This document shows positions 9,749-19,270 of a stretch of DNA of 64,000 nt, piece by piece (the stretch's first letter is position 1; each line of letters opens with the position of its first letter). The notes beneath the pieces are model-generated. The model was not told the origin of the DNA and did not search any database. It saw nothing but the letters and a program-made list of their open reading frames with translations. This stretch comes from an uncultured virus (IMG/VR IMGVR_UViG_3300024261_001453) (lineage: Duplodnaviria; Heunggongvirae; Uroviricota; Caudoviricetes). The DNA is taken from the IMG/VR virus record IMGVR_UViG_3300024261_001453; one strand, 5' to 3'. A program made the translations under genes and the position numbers.

Positions 9749-9819
9749 GTCTTATATATTAAAATTAACCTTTAGCTAAAAAGGATGAGTTGATGAAATA
9801 AATATCTTCCCACTCAGGA

Positions 9820-9906
9820 TCACGACCACTTGTATTTTTTTAGTAGTATATCATAAACATCTGATTTTATATCATTACTTTCGTTAAATTTTCTTAGATA
9901 TTTCAT
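9820..9906 (-). pseudogene. 28-aa ORF or gene remnant MKYLRKFNESNDIKSDVYDILLKKYKWS
   Basis: ATGA overlap with the methyltransferase stop; carries the CTS-like tag; not in the ORF track. Confidence 0.5.
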
Positions 9907-10475
9907 GTCTTAGCAACTATTTCTAACCATTTTGATTGATTATCATAAAGAATTCCTTCCTTTATCTCAGATGAAACTATCTCAAATTCATTTGATACTA
10001 AATCTTCCCAAGTTTCTTTATTAAATATTGTTTTACCTGTTTGTATATCATTTACTAACTTAACAGTAAATACTAAATACTCTTTTGTGATTCTACTAAT
10101 GTCTTTGAATATACTTTGTAATTCTGACTCACTGAAATAGTGAAGTCCTAATCTAGAATAAACTAAATCAAATGAATTATCAGGAAATGGGAATTTGTTT
10201 TTGGTGTCGTGTTTAACACAGTTAATCTTCTGATTAACGTGGTCTACATATTGTTGATTGTTTTCTGTTCCGAATACTACATATCCTCTTTTTAAGAGTT
10301 CTAAAGCATCAGCCCCGTTACCACAAGAAATTTCTAAGATAGAACCACTTGAAATAAGTGATTGTATTTTCTCTACTAACTCAATATCAGCATTGTCATC
10401 TAACTTTAGTAGAGTGTCTTGATTATTTAATTCTTCTTGATTCTCGAATATTTTTCTAGTGAGTAAGTGTTTCAT
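9903..10475 (-). CDS. Class I SAM-dependent methyltransferase
   Basis: ILEISCGNG motif I, FPFPDNSFDLVYSRLGLHYF. Confidence 0.88.
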   Translation of the reverse strand: MKHLLTRKIFENQEELNNQDTLLKLDDNADIELVEKIQSLISSGSILEISCGNGADALELLKRGYVVFGTENNQQYVDHVNQKINCVKHDTKNKFPFPDNSFDLVYSRLGLHYFSESELQSIFKDISRITKEYLVFTVKLVNDIQTGKTIFNKETWEDLVSNEFEIVSSEIKEGILYDNQSKWLEIVAKT

Positions 10476-10491
10476 TAGAGTATATATAAAA

Positions 10492-11214
10492 CTACTCTAA
10501 TCTTTTTTTAGTTAAGTCAATAGCTTTCTGATTTATATCACATCCAATGAAATCCCTCTTTAGCTCCTTACAAACAACAGCACATGTACCGCTTCCTAGG
10601 TAAAAATCAGCTACCAAATCACCTTCATCTGACGAAGCTCTTATTATTCTATCAATAAGTTCTTTCGGTTTCTGTGTATCATATCCAACTCGCTCCTTCT
10701 TATCGTTTTGTCCTAGAATATTCATTTTCCATACATCACCAATTACTTTACCGTCTTTGTGATAGTACTTTTCTTTAGCATAACCTCTTGGTGCACTTTT
10801 AGCATAAGGTTCTCTGATTGGGTTGAACTTATAATTGTTACTTTTAGTGAATCGGTATATTATATCATGTCTTTTTCCAAAATCTAATTTCTTTCTGGGA
10901 GCTGTATTGTAATTCCATATGATTTCGTTTCTCATATTATCATACCCGAATATGTCTTCCATTATACAACGTATCCAGTGATTGATTTTAGTATCCATTT
11001 GTAGGTATATGGTTCCTGTATCCTTTAATACGCGGTGCATCTCCTTTAATCTAGGTATATAGTGTTCTTCTATATCAGATTTTATGGGTTTTAAGTCTTG
11101 GTAGTCTTTGAATTTCCTACCAGTCCCATATAAGATATCTACGTATATCAAATCTATTGAGTTGTCATCTAATGTTTTTAGTAAATCAAGATTATCTTGG
11201 CATGATATGTTCAT
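10492..11214 (-). CDS. Beta-class DNA amino-methyltransferase (N6A/N4C) with atypical motif IV (DILY)
   Basis: DNSIDLIYVDILY, NEIIW, TQKPKELI, GDLVADFYLGSGT. Confidence 0.88.
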   Translation of the reverse strand: MNISCQDNLDLLKTLDDNSIDLIYVDILYGTGRKFKDYQDLKPIKSDIEEHYIPRLKEMHRVLKDTGTIYLQMDTKINHWIRCIMEDIFGYDNMRNEIIWNYNTAPRKKLDFGKRHDIIYRFTKSNNYKFNPIREPYAKSAPRGYAKEKYYHKDGKVIGDVWKMNILGQNDKKERVGYDTQKPKELIDRIIRASSDEGDLVADFYLGSGTCAVVCKELKRDFIGCDINQKAIDLTKKRLE

Positions 11215-11262
11215 ATTATGTTTATAGTTAAATTATAATTTTTGTTTTTTATATATAGTGTT

Positions 11263-11583
11263 ATGAATCATATTAAAAAATACGAATCTTTCGATTTTAG
11301 TAATACTTTACCAATATCATCTAAATCAGACTTAACAATGTATTATAATTGCAATGTTTGTAATGCTCTTTGGGAATCATTTAATGATCCTTGTGTTAAG
11401 TGTAGATTTTGTGATACGGGTAACATTAAAGAATTGGATGAAGATGGTTACTATGATATGGTTGAGTCAAGGTTAGAGGATGATGAAGTAGAAGATTTGA
11501 GAAGTGAGAGGGAAGATAGTAAAGATAAATTTGTTAATTTATTATCATTAAAAGCAAAAGAGAAGAAAAAGTATGTCAATTAA
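11263..11583 (+). CDS. Zn-ribbon protein with CTS-like N-terminus (MNHIKKYESF)
   Basis: CxxC...CxxC; ATG after ATATATA. Confidence 0.7.
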   Translation: MNHIKKYESFDFSNTLPISSKSDLTMYYNCNVCNALWESFNDPCVKCRFCDTGNIKELDEDGYYDMVESRLEDDEVEDLRSEREDSKDKFVNLLSLKAKEKKKYVN

Positions 11584-12283
11584 TAACAGAGAAGATGCTA
11601 ATAAGTATTATCAAATAATGAATGAGCTTGTTGATGAGTATATCGATAAGTGGAAAATACGTCCTGCTAAATTGAAAAAGTATCTTTCTCCTGGTTCTAG
11701 TAGGTTTAATAGATTTCTAGAAAGAAATAAATTAGGTGATATTAAAGGTGCTGGTACTATACTAACTGATATAATTGATGATAGGTTCAGTATGGAGTCT
11801 GATGGTGTTCTTACATTTGAGAATCACAAGTTCTTAGAATCTGCTGAATTTAAAATACAATCATTAAAACAATGTCTTTATAAAGGTATTGAGAAGGCTG
11901 ATATTAAAATGGAAAAAATAATAGCTGATTATCACGATACTAATTTAGGTGAAATAGATGTTGTTGATTCTGATAAACATTTATTTAAAATTTCTTCTTG
12001 GGGAAATGATGGTTCCAATATTGTCATTTATTCAAAAGAGGATATTGATTTAATAGTAAGTAATATGATAGACCATTTATTTGATGAATTGTCTAAAAAT
12101 AAAGTTGAATTAACTGATTCAATTTCTATTGATCTTTCTGATTTGATTAAAAAAGAAAATTTTGAAGATAAAATGAATTCAATTTTTAATAAAGAATTTT
12201 CAACAAAGGTTATTACTGATTGTTTAGGTGAAGAATGTCAGTTTGATGGTGAATTAAATGGATTTTTACTATGGTCTATGTAA
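11573..12283 (+). CDS. Hypothetical protein
   Basis: 236-aa ORF overlapping the upstream stop. Confidence 0.75.
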   Translation: MSINNREDANKYYQIMNELVDEYIDKWKIRPAKLKKYLSPGSSRFNRFLERNKLGDIKGAGTILTDIIDDRFSMESDGVLTFENHKFLESAEFKIQSLKQCLYKGIEKADIKMEKIIADYHDTNLGEIDVVDSDKHLFKISSWGNDGSNIVIYSKEDIDLIVSNMIDHLFDELSKNKVELTDSISIDLSDLIKKENFEDKMNSIFNKEFSTKVITDCLGEECQFDGELNGFLLWSM

Positions 12284-12394
12284 AACATGTAACATCATGA
12301 TACCACTTTAACTATAATTTCGTATTTATATTTATCTTAATATACCATTAATAGATTTAAAATTTAATATATAAAAGAAAGAAATTAGTATTTT

Positions 12395-13426
12395 ATGTCT
12401 GTCACTGGTACATATAGTCCTCCTGGTGGAGGTCCTCCTTATGGAGGTAGCGCTTCGGCTGAGAGTTGGTCTGATTTGGATGATTTACTTATTCGTATGC
12501 CTGATAATACGGCTAACTTAATAGTAGCTAAGAATATTAGAGATTCTGTTTACACTTTATGGGATAGAATTGATACTGTTGAGGTAATAGCAGCTTCTGC
12601 GGGTTCGGCATCTTCTTTTTTCCAAAATACAGAATCTACACCAATTACAGTTGGTGGTATACCATCAGGAACTTCGTTTCCGACACCAACTAATATGCAA
12701 GATATGTGGGATCAATTACTTTATCCATATGTTGGACCAAGTTCTGGATTTTCACCATCATCTTTATCAAGAGAATTTGGTACACCTTTAGCGGTAACAT
12801 TGAATTGGTCTGTTGTGAAAAATAGTGATCCAATTACAGTTATAACTGTTGATGGTGTTGCTCAAATACCCACCGGTAATTCACAAGTTGGTACAAAAAC
12901 AGATTCAACTGGTACACATAGCTTAACACCCGGAGTTACTGAAACTAATGTATTTGCTATGTCTGCTTATGATGGTACATCTACTACAAATTCAAATTAT
13001 ACATTAACATGGAAAAATAGAATATTTTGGGGATATATTGACCTTGCTTCTATTGATAATCCAAATCTAACTACAAATCCAGGATCACAGTCAATAGTAG
13101 CATCACTTTGTACCGATACTGCTATAAAGTCATTGACTGGAGCAAATGCAAATGGGTCTATGTTAGGTAGTGAATTAGCAATTAGTAAAAATAAAACATA
13201 TACGGGAATAGATGGTGATGGTAAATATTTAATATTTGCTTGGCCTAGTAATGTGAGTGGTGCGTTGATACCATCATTTAGTGTTAATGGATTGCCTAAT
13301 ACGGCATTTACGAGAGTTAGGACCGCGTCAGCTTTTGTAAACTCAAATGGATTTAGTGGCACAAATTATGAAGTGTGGGTTAGTAATACATTACAAAACT
13401 CACCATTAAATATAATAATAAGTTAA
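12395..13426 (+). CDS. Putative virion structural (tail/fibre-associated) protein
   Basis: S/T/G-rich beta composition; first gene of a late cluster after TAATATATA. Confidence 0.6.
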   Translation: MSVTGTYSPPGGGPPYGGSASAESWSDLDDLLIRMPDNTANLIVAKNIRDSVYTLWDRIDTVEVIAASAGSASSFFQNTESTPITVGGIPSGTSFPTPTNMQDMWDQLLYPYVGPSSGFSPSSLSREFGTPLAVTLNWSVVKNSDPITVITVDGVAQIPTGNSQVGTKTDSTGTHSLTPGVTETNVFAMSAYDGTSTTNSNYTLTWKNRIFWGYIDLASIDNPNLTTNPGSQSIVASLCTDTAIKSLTGANANGSMLGSELAISKNKTYTGIDGDGKYLIFAWPSNVSGALIPSFSVNGLPNTAFTRVRTASAFVNSNGFSGTNYEVWVSNTLQNSPLNIIIS

Positions 13427-13437
13427 ATATATAGAAT

Positions 13438-15060
13438 ATGGCACAAAACATAGGTACATTAGTTTCATCAGCAATCAGACCCAATGATTCATTAGATCCA
13501 ATTGCGTCAGCTTTTTCTAGTGAGATAAAAGGTGGATTACATACAGTGGTATCAAGTGGTGATAGAGATGATACTATATTTGAGAGAAGAGAATGGGGTA
13601 TGATGTGTTACATTATCAATGATAAAAAAACATATCAATTAGAGTATAATTATGCGGATACTGATATAATGAACAACTCTAATTGGATTGAATTTAGTGG
13701 ATCTGGTGGAGGTGGTGGAAGCGAATGGGTTGATTCTGTGTTTTCAGTTTTGTTAACTGAGCCAACGATAGGGCCCGGGTCACCAACAAGTGGTGATAGA
13801 TATTTAGTAGGTACTAAACCCACCGATGTCGTTTCTGGTACTAATTGGTCAGTTATATCTCCTGGATTTGTAGCTGAGTGGAATTCAGCTTTAATGTCTT
13901 GGGATATCACATATCCAACTGAGGGTATGTCTGTTAGGGTAGATGATGAAGATAATTCCATTTATAAATATGAAACGGATGGTGGATTAAATAATTATCC
14001 GAATGGAACTTGGGAAAAGGAAAAATTAGGACAAGTTAGATCAATAGATGCTAATTTCACCGGAGGGTTTAGTTATTCAACAACATCTGATCCTGAATTT
14101 TCAGGATATATAAAAGATATGTTATTCCTTACCAAATTTGATACAGTTAATTCCGGAGTAACAGCTTCATTGGATGTAAATGGATTGGGTAATGTTTTAA
14201 TAAAAAAATCAACATCGGGTGGTGTTATAAACTTAAACCCATTTGATATAAAAACAGACATTGTTTATAGTTTAGTTTATGATGGTACATATTTTCAATT
14301 AAACAAACCTTCAAATGATGATTTATTTAATGTTAAATATTATATAGAACCTACTGATTATATAGTTGTTCCTCAATATTATCAATATTGGGTTTATGGA
14401 GATTTAACCATTGATGGTTGGATGGAAAATTACGGACAAGTTGTTATCGCTAATGGTTCACTTATTAACACTGGAACTTTTTCCAATTTTGGATCCTTAT
14501 CATTTATTAGTTTTGACTCTGGAACTGGATCAACCCCATCAGTAACATCATATTCTGATACAGACACGATAGATTTTGATATTTTTGTAGCACCACTTGG
14601 TCCCTCGGTATCAGCTTTCATTAAAAATGATTCACTAACGGCTTCACACTTAAACACTGGATCTTCCGGTGGAGCAACTGCTGGATATGTATTATCTGTT
14701 GATGAATCAGGATTATTTAACTGGAAAGGCGGAGGAGGAGGAGCTTTATCGTATTCTGATAAAAGTTATGTAATGAGTACTAATACTAGTGGTGACGGTT
14801 CACCTACTGGATTGGTTATATCAAATACACCTCTTGTAAATTCTTATGTTGGTGTTTTTATAAATGGTCAAGAATTTCAAGTTGGTTTTGGTACAACTTC
14901 TAGCGTTCCATGTTATTTTAGTGATGATGGTGGAACAACTGCTAAAACATCAACTTCACCTAATAATGTACAGATAGGTGACGAATTATATTGGAATGGA
15001 GTTGTAGTTGGAATGGATTTATTCACTACTTGGAGGATTTCATTATTTTATCAAGAATAA
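13438..15060 (+). CDS. Putative tail fibre/baseplate-associated protein
   Basis: G/S/T-rich; P.SGDRYLVG...AEWN...W (DUF2793-like) segment; C-terminal domain shared with the next gene. Confidence 0.6.
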   Translation: MAQNIGTLVSSAIRPNDSLDPIASAFSSEIKGGLHTVVSSGDRDDTIFERREWGMMCYIINDKKTYQLEYNYADTDIMNNSNWIEFSGSGGGGGSEWVDSVFSVLLTEPTIGPGSPTSGDRYLVGTKPTDVVSGTNWSVISPGFVAEWNSALMSWDITYPTEGMSVRVDDEDNSIYKYETDGGLNNYPNGTWEKEKLGQVRSIDANFTGGFSYSTTSDPEFSGYIKDMLFLTKFDTVNSGVTASLDVNGLGNVLIKKSTSGGVINLNPFDIKTDIVYSLVYDGTYFQLNKPSNDDLFNVKYYIEPTDYIVVPQYYQYWVYGDLTIDGWMENYGQVVIANGSLINTGTFSNFGSLSFISFDSGTGSTPSVTSYSDTDTIDFDIFVAPLGPSVSAFIKNDSLTASHLNTGSSGGATAGYVLSVDESGLFNWKGGGGGALSYSDKSYVMSTNTSGDGSPTGLVISNTPLVNSYVGVFINGQEFQVGFGTTSSVPCYFSDDGGTTAKTSTSPNNVQIGDELYWNGVVVGMDLFTTWRISLFYQE

Positions 15061-15138
15061 ATTGAGAATAAACAAAACATAGATATATAATTAAGTTTCA
15101 TATTTAATATATAATCTAAGAAAAATTAAAAATGAAGA

Positions 15139-18100
15139 ATGGCATTATTAGATGGTAAGCAAATGAGAGATAACTCACTCTCATTAGATAAATTAAATGG
15201 ATCCAGTGGTTTAGTTACTTTCACTTCTGCAACAATGAGTTTTTCTACGGGTGCTTTTTTAAGAACATCCGATGATAATATTTTAGATGGATTAGATGTT
15301 GTTAATAAAAATTATGTTGATTCTGTTTCATCTGGATTAAATCCAAAAGAATCTTCTACTGCTATTTATGAGGATGACGTTGCATCAGAGACAGGATATG
15401 TATATAATAATGGTGCTTCTGGAGTTGGAGCTACATTAACATTTACAAACGTTAATAGTCTTGATTTTGATGGTGTTACACTATCTGTAACCTCACCACT
15501 AACAAGAGTTATTATAAATTCTAACACAGACACATTTGTGAATGGTATTTATGATGTTACTAGTTTGACAGTACTTACAAGATCTACTGACTTTGATGGT
15601 TCTCCATCTCAAGAGGTTGATGGTGGTGAATATTCATTCGTTACGGAAGGTAGTTTATATGCTGATACAGGATGGGTTGTTTCCTCTCCTAATAGCACAG
15701 CTACAATAGGAACAACTCCAATTATTTGGACTCAATTCTCATCTGCTGGTGTTGTACAAGCTGGATCTGGATTAACAAAAACCGGTAACACATTAAATGT
15801 TGGATCTGGAACAGGATTATCAGCATCATCAACAGAAGTTTTTCTTGAAGATACATCCGTTACTCCTACTACTTATGGTGCTGATGATACAATACCAACA
15901 TTTACAGTAGATCAACAAGGTAGATTAACATCAGCGAGTGATGTTACGATTGATATAACGGCATCTCAAGTAAATGATTTTACATCCGCTTCAGAAACAG
16001 CTATCTTTACAGATGCGAATTTTGTGGATGGTATAACAGTCACATTCTCAGTAACACCTGGGTCCGATATTACTGCTGAAGTAGTTGATGGTTCGTTAGG
16101 AACTGTTAAACTTGATGCTAGTGGTGGAGCAACTGCTGGTTATTCTTTACTATCAAACGGAACAGGATTTGATTGGGTTCTTAACGCAGGAGACATATCA
16201 GCAGTTACTGCTGGAGCCGGATTAACTGGTGGTGGTTCGTCAGGAGCGGTTTCATTATCTGTTAATGTTTCTAATGGTTTAAATTTAGATGGCGATGATG
16301 TTGAATTAGGTGGTACATTAGATAAGACAACAACAATAGATACTGATGGTAATGTTTTAGATATAACAAATGTGGCTGATTCATACACTTTGATGAAAAA
16401 TCAGAACCTAGCGGATAAATCTGGTACATTTAGTACACTTTCTATTGGTTCTGATATTGATAATGGTATTTCGGAACCTTCGACTAATAGAGTTGATGAT
16501 TTACAAGTGGAAGCAGACTCAGTTTATATCATCGGCGCGAGTGATAGTAGTAATTTAGGATTTTTAAATATAAATAAAGAACAAGGTACTTTAGGCGTAG
16601 ATGCACCTGGAGGACAATCATCAATTAACATATTGGCAACTCAGATGTTAGTAGGTGATACTTTAAATCTAACAGGTTTAAAGTATCAAGCTGATTACTC
16701 ATCTAACTATACTGATCGTTCTTTAGTTGATAAAGAATATGTTGATGATGCTATTTCAATAGTTACTGGATCAGATATCGATGAAGTTACTGCTGGTGCT
16801 GGTTTAAGTGGAGGTGGTACTCAAGGAGTTGTTACTTTAGATGTTAATGTTAATGCTGACTCTATGGAGATAGTAACTGATGTTATTAGATTAAAAAATA
16901 CTATTACAGGAGATAGAACATTTGCTGATTCGGTTATCGTATCAGGAAACTTAACAATTGCTGGAACAGCAACTTATGTAAATACAGAAAATCTTTATGT
17001 AGTTGATAATACTATTACATTGAACGCTACTTATAGTGGTTCTCCATCAGCAGTACCTTATTCAGGTATCGAAATTAACTTAGGTGATGGTACATATTCT
17101 ACATTTTTACACGAAGAATCAACTGGGTATTTTGTTGGTGGTGTTTCTGGATCAGAATCAGCATTTATACAAGAAGCTGGTACAGGATTAACAAAAACTG
17201 GTAATGCACTATCTGCTGATTTAACAGAAATTGCTGAATCAACACAAGGTGCTGGATTAACAGCAAGTGCCGGTGTTATTAATGTTGGTCAAGGAACTGG
17301 TATTACAGTAAATGTTGATGATGTGGCAATTGATTTTGTTTCAATCACTGGTAATGGTTTAACACAATCGGGTGGAGTTATTAATGTTGATGTTGATAAT
17401 ACAACAATTCAAATTGTAAATGGTGAATTAGTCGCTACTACATTGGGTGATATACAAGGAGTTACTGCTGGTGCTGGTTTAAGTGGAGGAGGTGATTCTG
17501 GATTTGTTACTTTAGATGTTAATCTTGGAGTTGATGGTGGTTTAACATTCTCTAGTGATGATATAGTAGTTGATGAGGCTAACTTTAATTATACGATAAT
17601 AAATACTAACTTACAAGGAAATGGTTTAACTGCAAATGGTGTAGTTCTTGACGTAAATACTGGAAATGGTTTAACAATCAATTCTGATGTTGTTGAAGCT
17701 GACTTATTATCTAATGGAGGTTTAACATTCTCTAGTGGCCAAATTGAAGTATCTGTTGATAATAGTACAATAACAATTATAGATGGTGAATTAGTTGCTT
17801 CTGCACAAGGAGATATTACGGGAGTTACAGCCGGATCTGGTTTAAGTGGAGGTGGTAATTCTGGATTCTTACAGATGGATGCTGATATTACCGCACAAGG
17901 TGGTTTAACATTCTCAGGAGTTATTGTTGATAACAACAGCACTTTACAAGTTGAAACTGATGGTACAACTATAACAGTTAATGCAAGTGGTCAATTAGAA
18001 GCAATTGGTACAACAGCTCAACCAGTTTATAATCAAATGAATGAAACTTCTGTATTAACTACACCAAACACTGATAATGTTAGTACACAAATTGCTATCG

Positions 18101-18327
18101 CGAACCCACCATCTAAATATTCAAGAGTACAAGTATTTGTTAATGGACAATTACAAAACTTGGGTGATAATAACACAACCAAAGATTGTTACTTTAGAGA
18201 TTCTGGTAATACAACAACTAGAGCAATAAGTCTTATAGTTGCTACTGATGTTCTTTATTGGAATGGGGCAATTGCTGGATTTAACTTAACAACTACTGAT
18301 ACAATTTCTCTTTCTTACGAAACATAA
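15139..18327 (+). CDS. Long tail fibre-like protein with glycine-rich repeats
   Basis: NKNYVD motifs, LTRSTDFD, FTVDQQGRLTSA, repeated DI..VTAG.GL.GGG and GLT motifs. Confidence 0.75.
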   Translation: MALLDGKQMRDNSLSLDKLNGSSGLVTFTSATMSFSTGAFLRTSDDNILDGLDVVNKNYVDSVSSGLNPKESSTAIYEDDVASETGYVYNNGASGVGATLTFTNVNSLDFDGVTLSVTSPLTRVIINSNTDTFVNGIYDVTSLTVLTRSTDFDGSPSQEVDGGEYSFVTEGSLYADTGWVVSSPNSTATIGTTPIIWTQFSSAGVVQAGSGLTKTGNTLNVGSGTGLSASSTEVFLEDTSVTPTTYGADDTIPTFTVDQQGRLTSASDVTIDITASQVNDFTSASETAIFTDANFVDGITVTFSVTPGSDITAEVVDGSLGTVKLDASGGATAGYSLLSNGTGFDWVLNAGDISAVTAGAGLTGGGSSGAVSLSVNVSNGLNLDGDDVELGGTLDKTTTIDTDGNVLDITNVADSYTLMKNQNLADKSGTFSTLSIGSDIDNGISEPSTNRVDDLQVEADSVYIIGASDSSNLGFLNINKEQGTLGVDAPGGQSSINILATQMLVGDTLNLTGLKYQADYSSNYTDRSLVDKEYVDDAISIVTGSDIDEVTAGAGLSGGGTQGVVTLDVNVNADSMEIVTDVIRLKNTITGDRTFADSVIVSGNLTIAGTATYVNTENLYVVDNTITLNATYSGSPSAVPYSGIEINLGDGTYSTFLHEESTGYFVGGVSGSESAFIQEAGTGLTKTGNALSADLTEIAESTQGAGLTASAGVINVGQGTGITVNVDDVAIDFVSITGNGLTQSGGVINVDVDNTTIQIVNGELVATTLGDIQGVTAGAGLSGGGDSGFVTLDVNLGVDGGLTFSSDDIVVDEANFNYTIINTNLQGNGLTANGVVLDVNTGNGLTINSDVVEADLLSNGGLTFSSGQIEVSVDNSTITIIDGELVASAQGDITGVTAGSGLSGGGNSGFLQMDADITAQGGLTFSGVIVDNNSTLQVETDGTTITVNASGQLEAIGTTAQPVYNQMNETSVLTTPNTDNVSTQIAIANPPSKYSRVQVFVNGQLQNLGDNNTTKDCYFRDSGNTTTRAISLIVATDVLYWNGAIAGFNLTTTDTISLSYET

Positions 18328-18347
18328 TAATTAATAATTAATTAATC

Positions 18348-18379
18348 AAAAAGGAGTGAAGAAATTCACTCCTTTTTTT
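18348..18379 (+). terminator. Intrinsic terminator
   Basis: AAAAAGGAGTGAA-gaaa-TTCACTCCTTTTTTT. Confidence 0.85.
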
Positions 18380-18448
18380 ATGTACATTTTTAAAATAGAG
18401 TATCCTGTTTTAATATATAAGACTAGATAAAAATATTAAATCCATTAA

Positions 18449-19240
18449 ATGGCTCAACAGAATATTAAACAAATAAAAGGTGCTTCACAAGGTTCAGTAC
18501 TTTTCTTAGGTACTAATAGTGTAGTTAGTGAAGATTATAATAATTTAAATTGGGATCAAGGTACCTTTTCGATAAATGGTAATTTAGTAACATCTGGTAT
18601 AATAAATGGTATAGATATAGCTACTGATGTAGCAGCGAACACAGCTAAAGTAACTAATGCTACTCATACTGGTGATGTTACAGGAGATACCGCATTGACT
18701 ATTGCAGCAGGATCCGTAGATATACCAATGCTTTCAGCTAGTGGTACATCTGACACTACTACTTTTTTAGGAGGAGATAATGTTTGGAATGTTGCTCTTA
18801 AAAGCTTAACGGTAGGAAGTAGCACATTTGTAAGCTTACAAAATGTAGGTACAGTAAATGTTCCTGATATCACTTCTACATTATCTGCTACTGGTACACC
18901 GGATTCTACTACATTCTTACGAGGTGATAATACTTGGTCTGTTCCAGCAGGAGGAGGCGGAGCAACAGTATCTTTTACATTAAGAAATGTGAGTTCAGGT
19001 GATACTTTTTCAACAGCACAAGAAACTATTAACGCTACTGCTGGTACATTTATAGTAAACTTACCAACATCAGTAGGTATTCAAGGCGTAACCTATACAC
19101 TCGTAAACAGTGGTACAGGGATAATAACATTAAAAGGTAATAGTGGTGAGACAATAAACGGTTCCACAACTATTACTTTGTCAACTCAATATACAAGTAG
19201 AACAGTACAATCAGATGGTGCAAATTGGATCATCATATAA
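18449..19240 (+). CDS. Tail fibre-like protein
   Basis: NATHTGDVTG, two TFL(R/G)GDN.W motifs, C-terminal ETING...SDGANW domain. Confidence 0.7.
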   Translation: MAQQNIKQIKGASQGSVLFLGTNSVVSEDYNNLNWDQGTFSINGNLVTSGIINGIDIATDVAANTAKVTNATHTGDVTGDTALTIAAGSVDIPMLSASGTSDTTTFLGGDNVWNVALKSLTVGSSTFVSLQNVGTVNVPDITSTLSATGTPDSTTFLRGDNTWSVPAGGGGATVSFTLRNVSSGDTFSTAQETINATAGTFIVNLPTSVGIQGVTYTLVNSGTGIITLKGNSGETINGSTTITLSTQYTSRTVQSDGANWIII

Positions 19241-19270
19241 ACAAGAAGAATAAAAATAAATATATAAGAC

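Noticed and set aside
10492..11214. Restriction-modification system
   Set aside because: No recognisable restriction endonuclease is adjacent; the gene appears to be an orphan methyltransferase.
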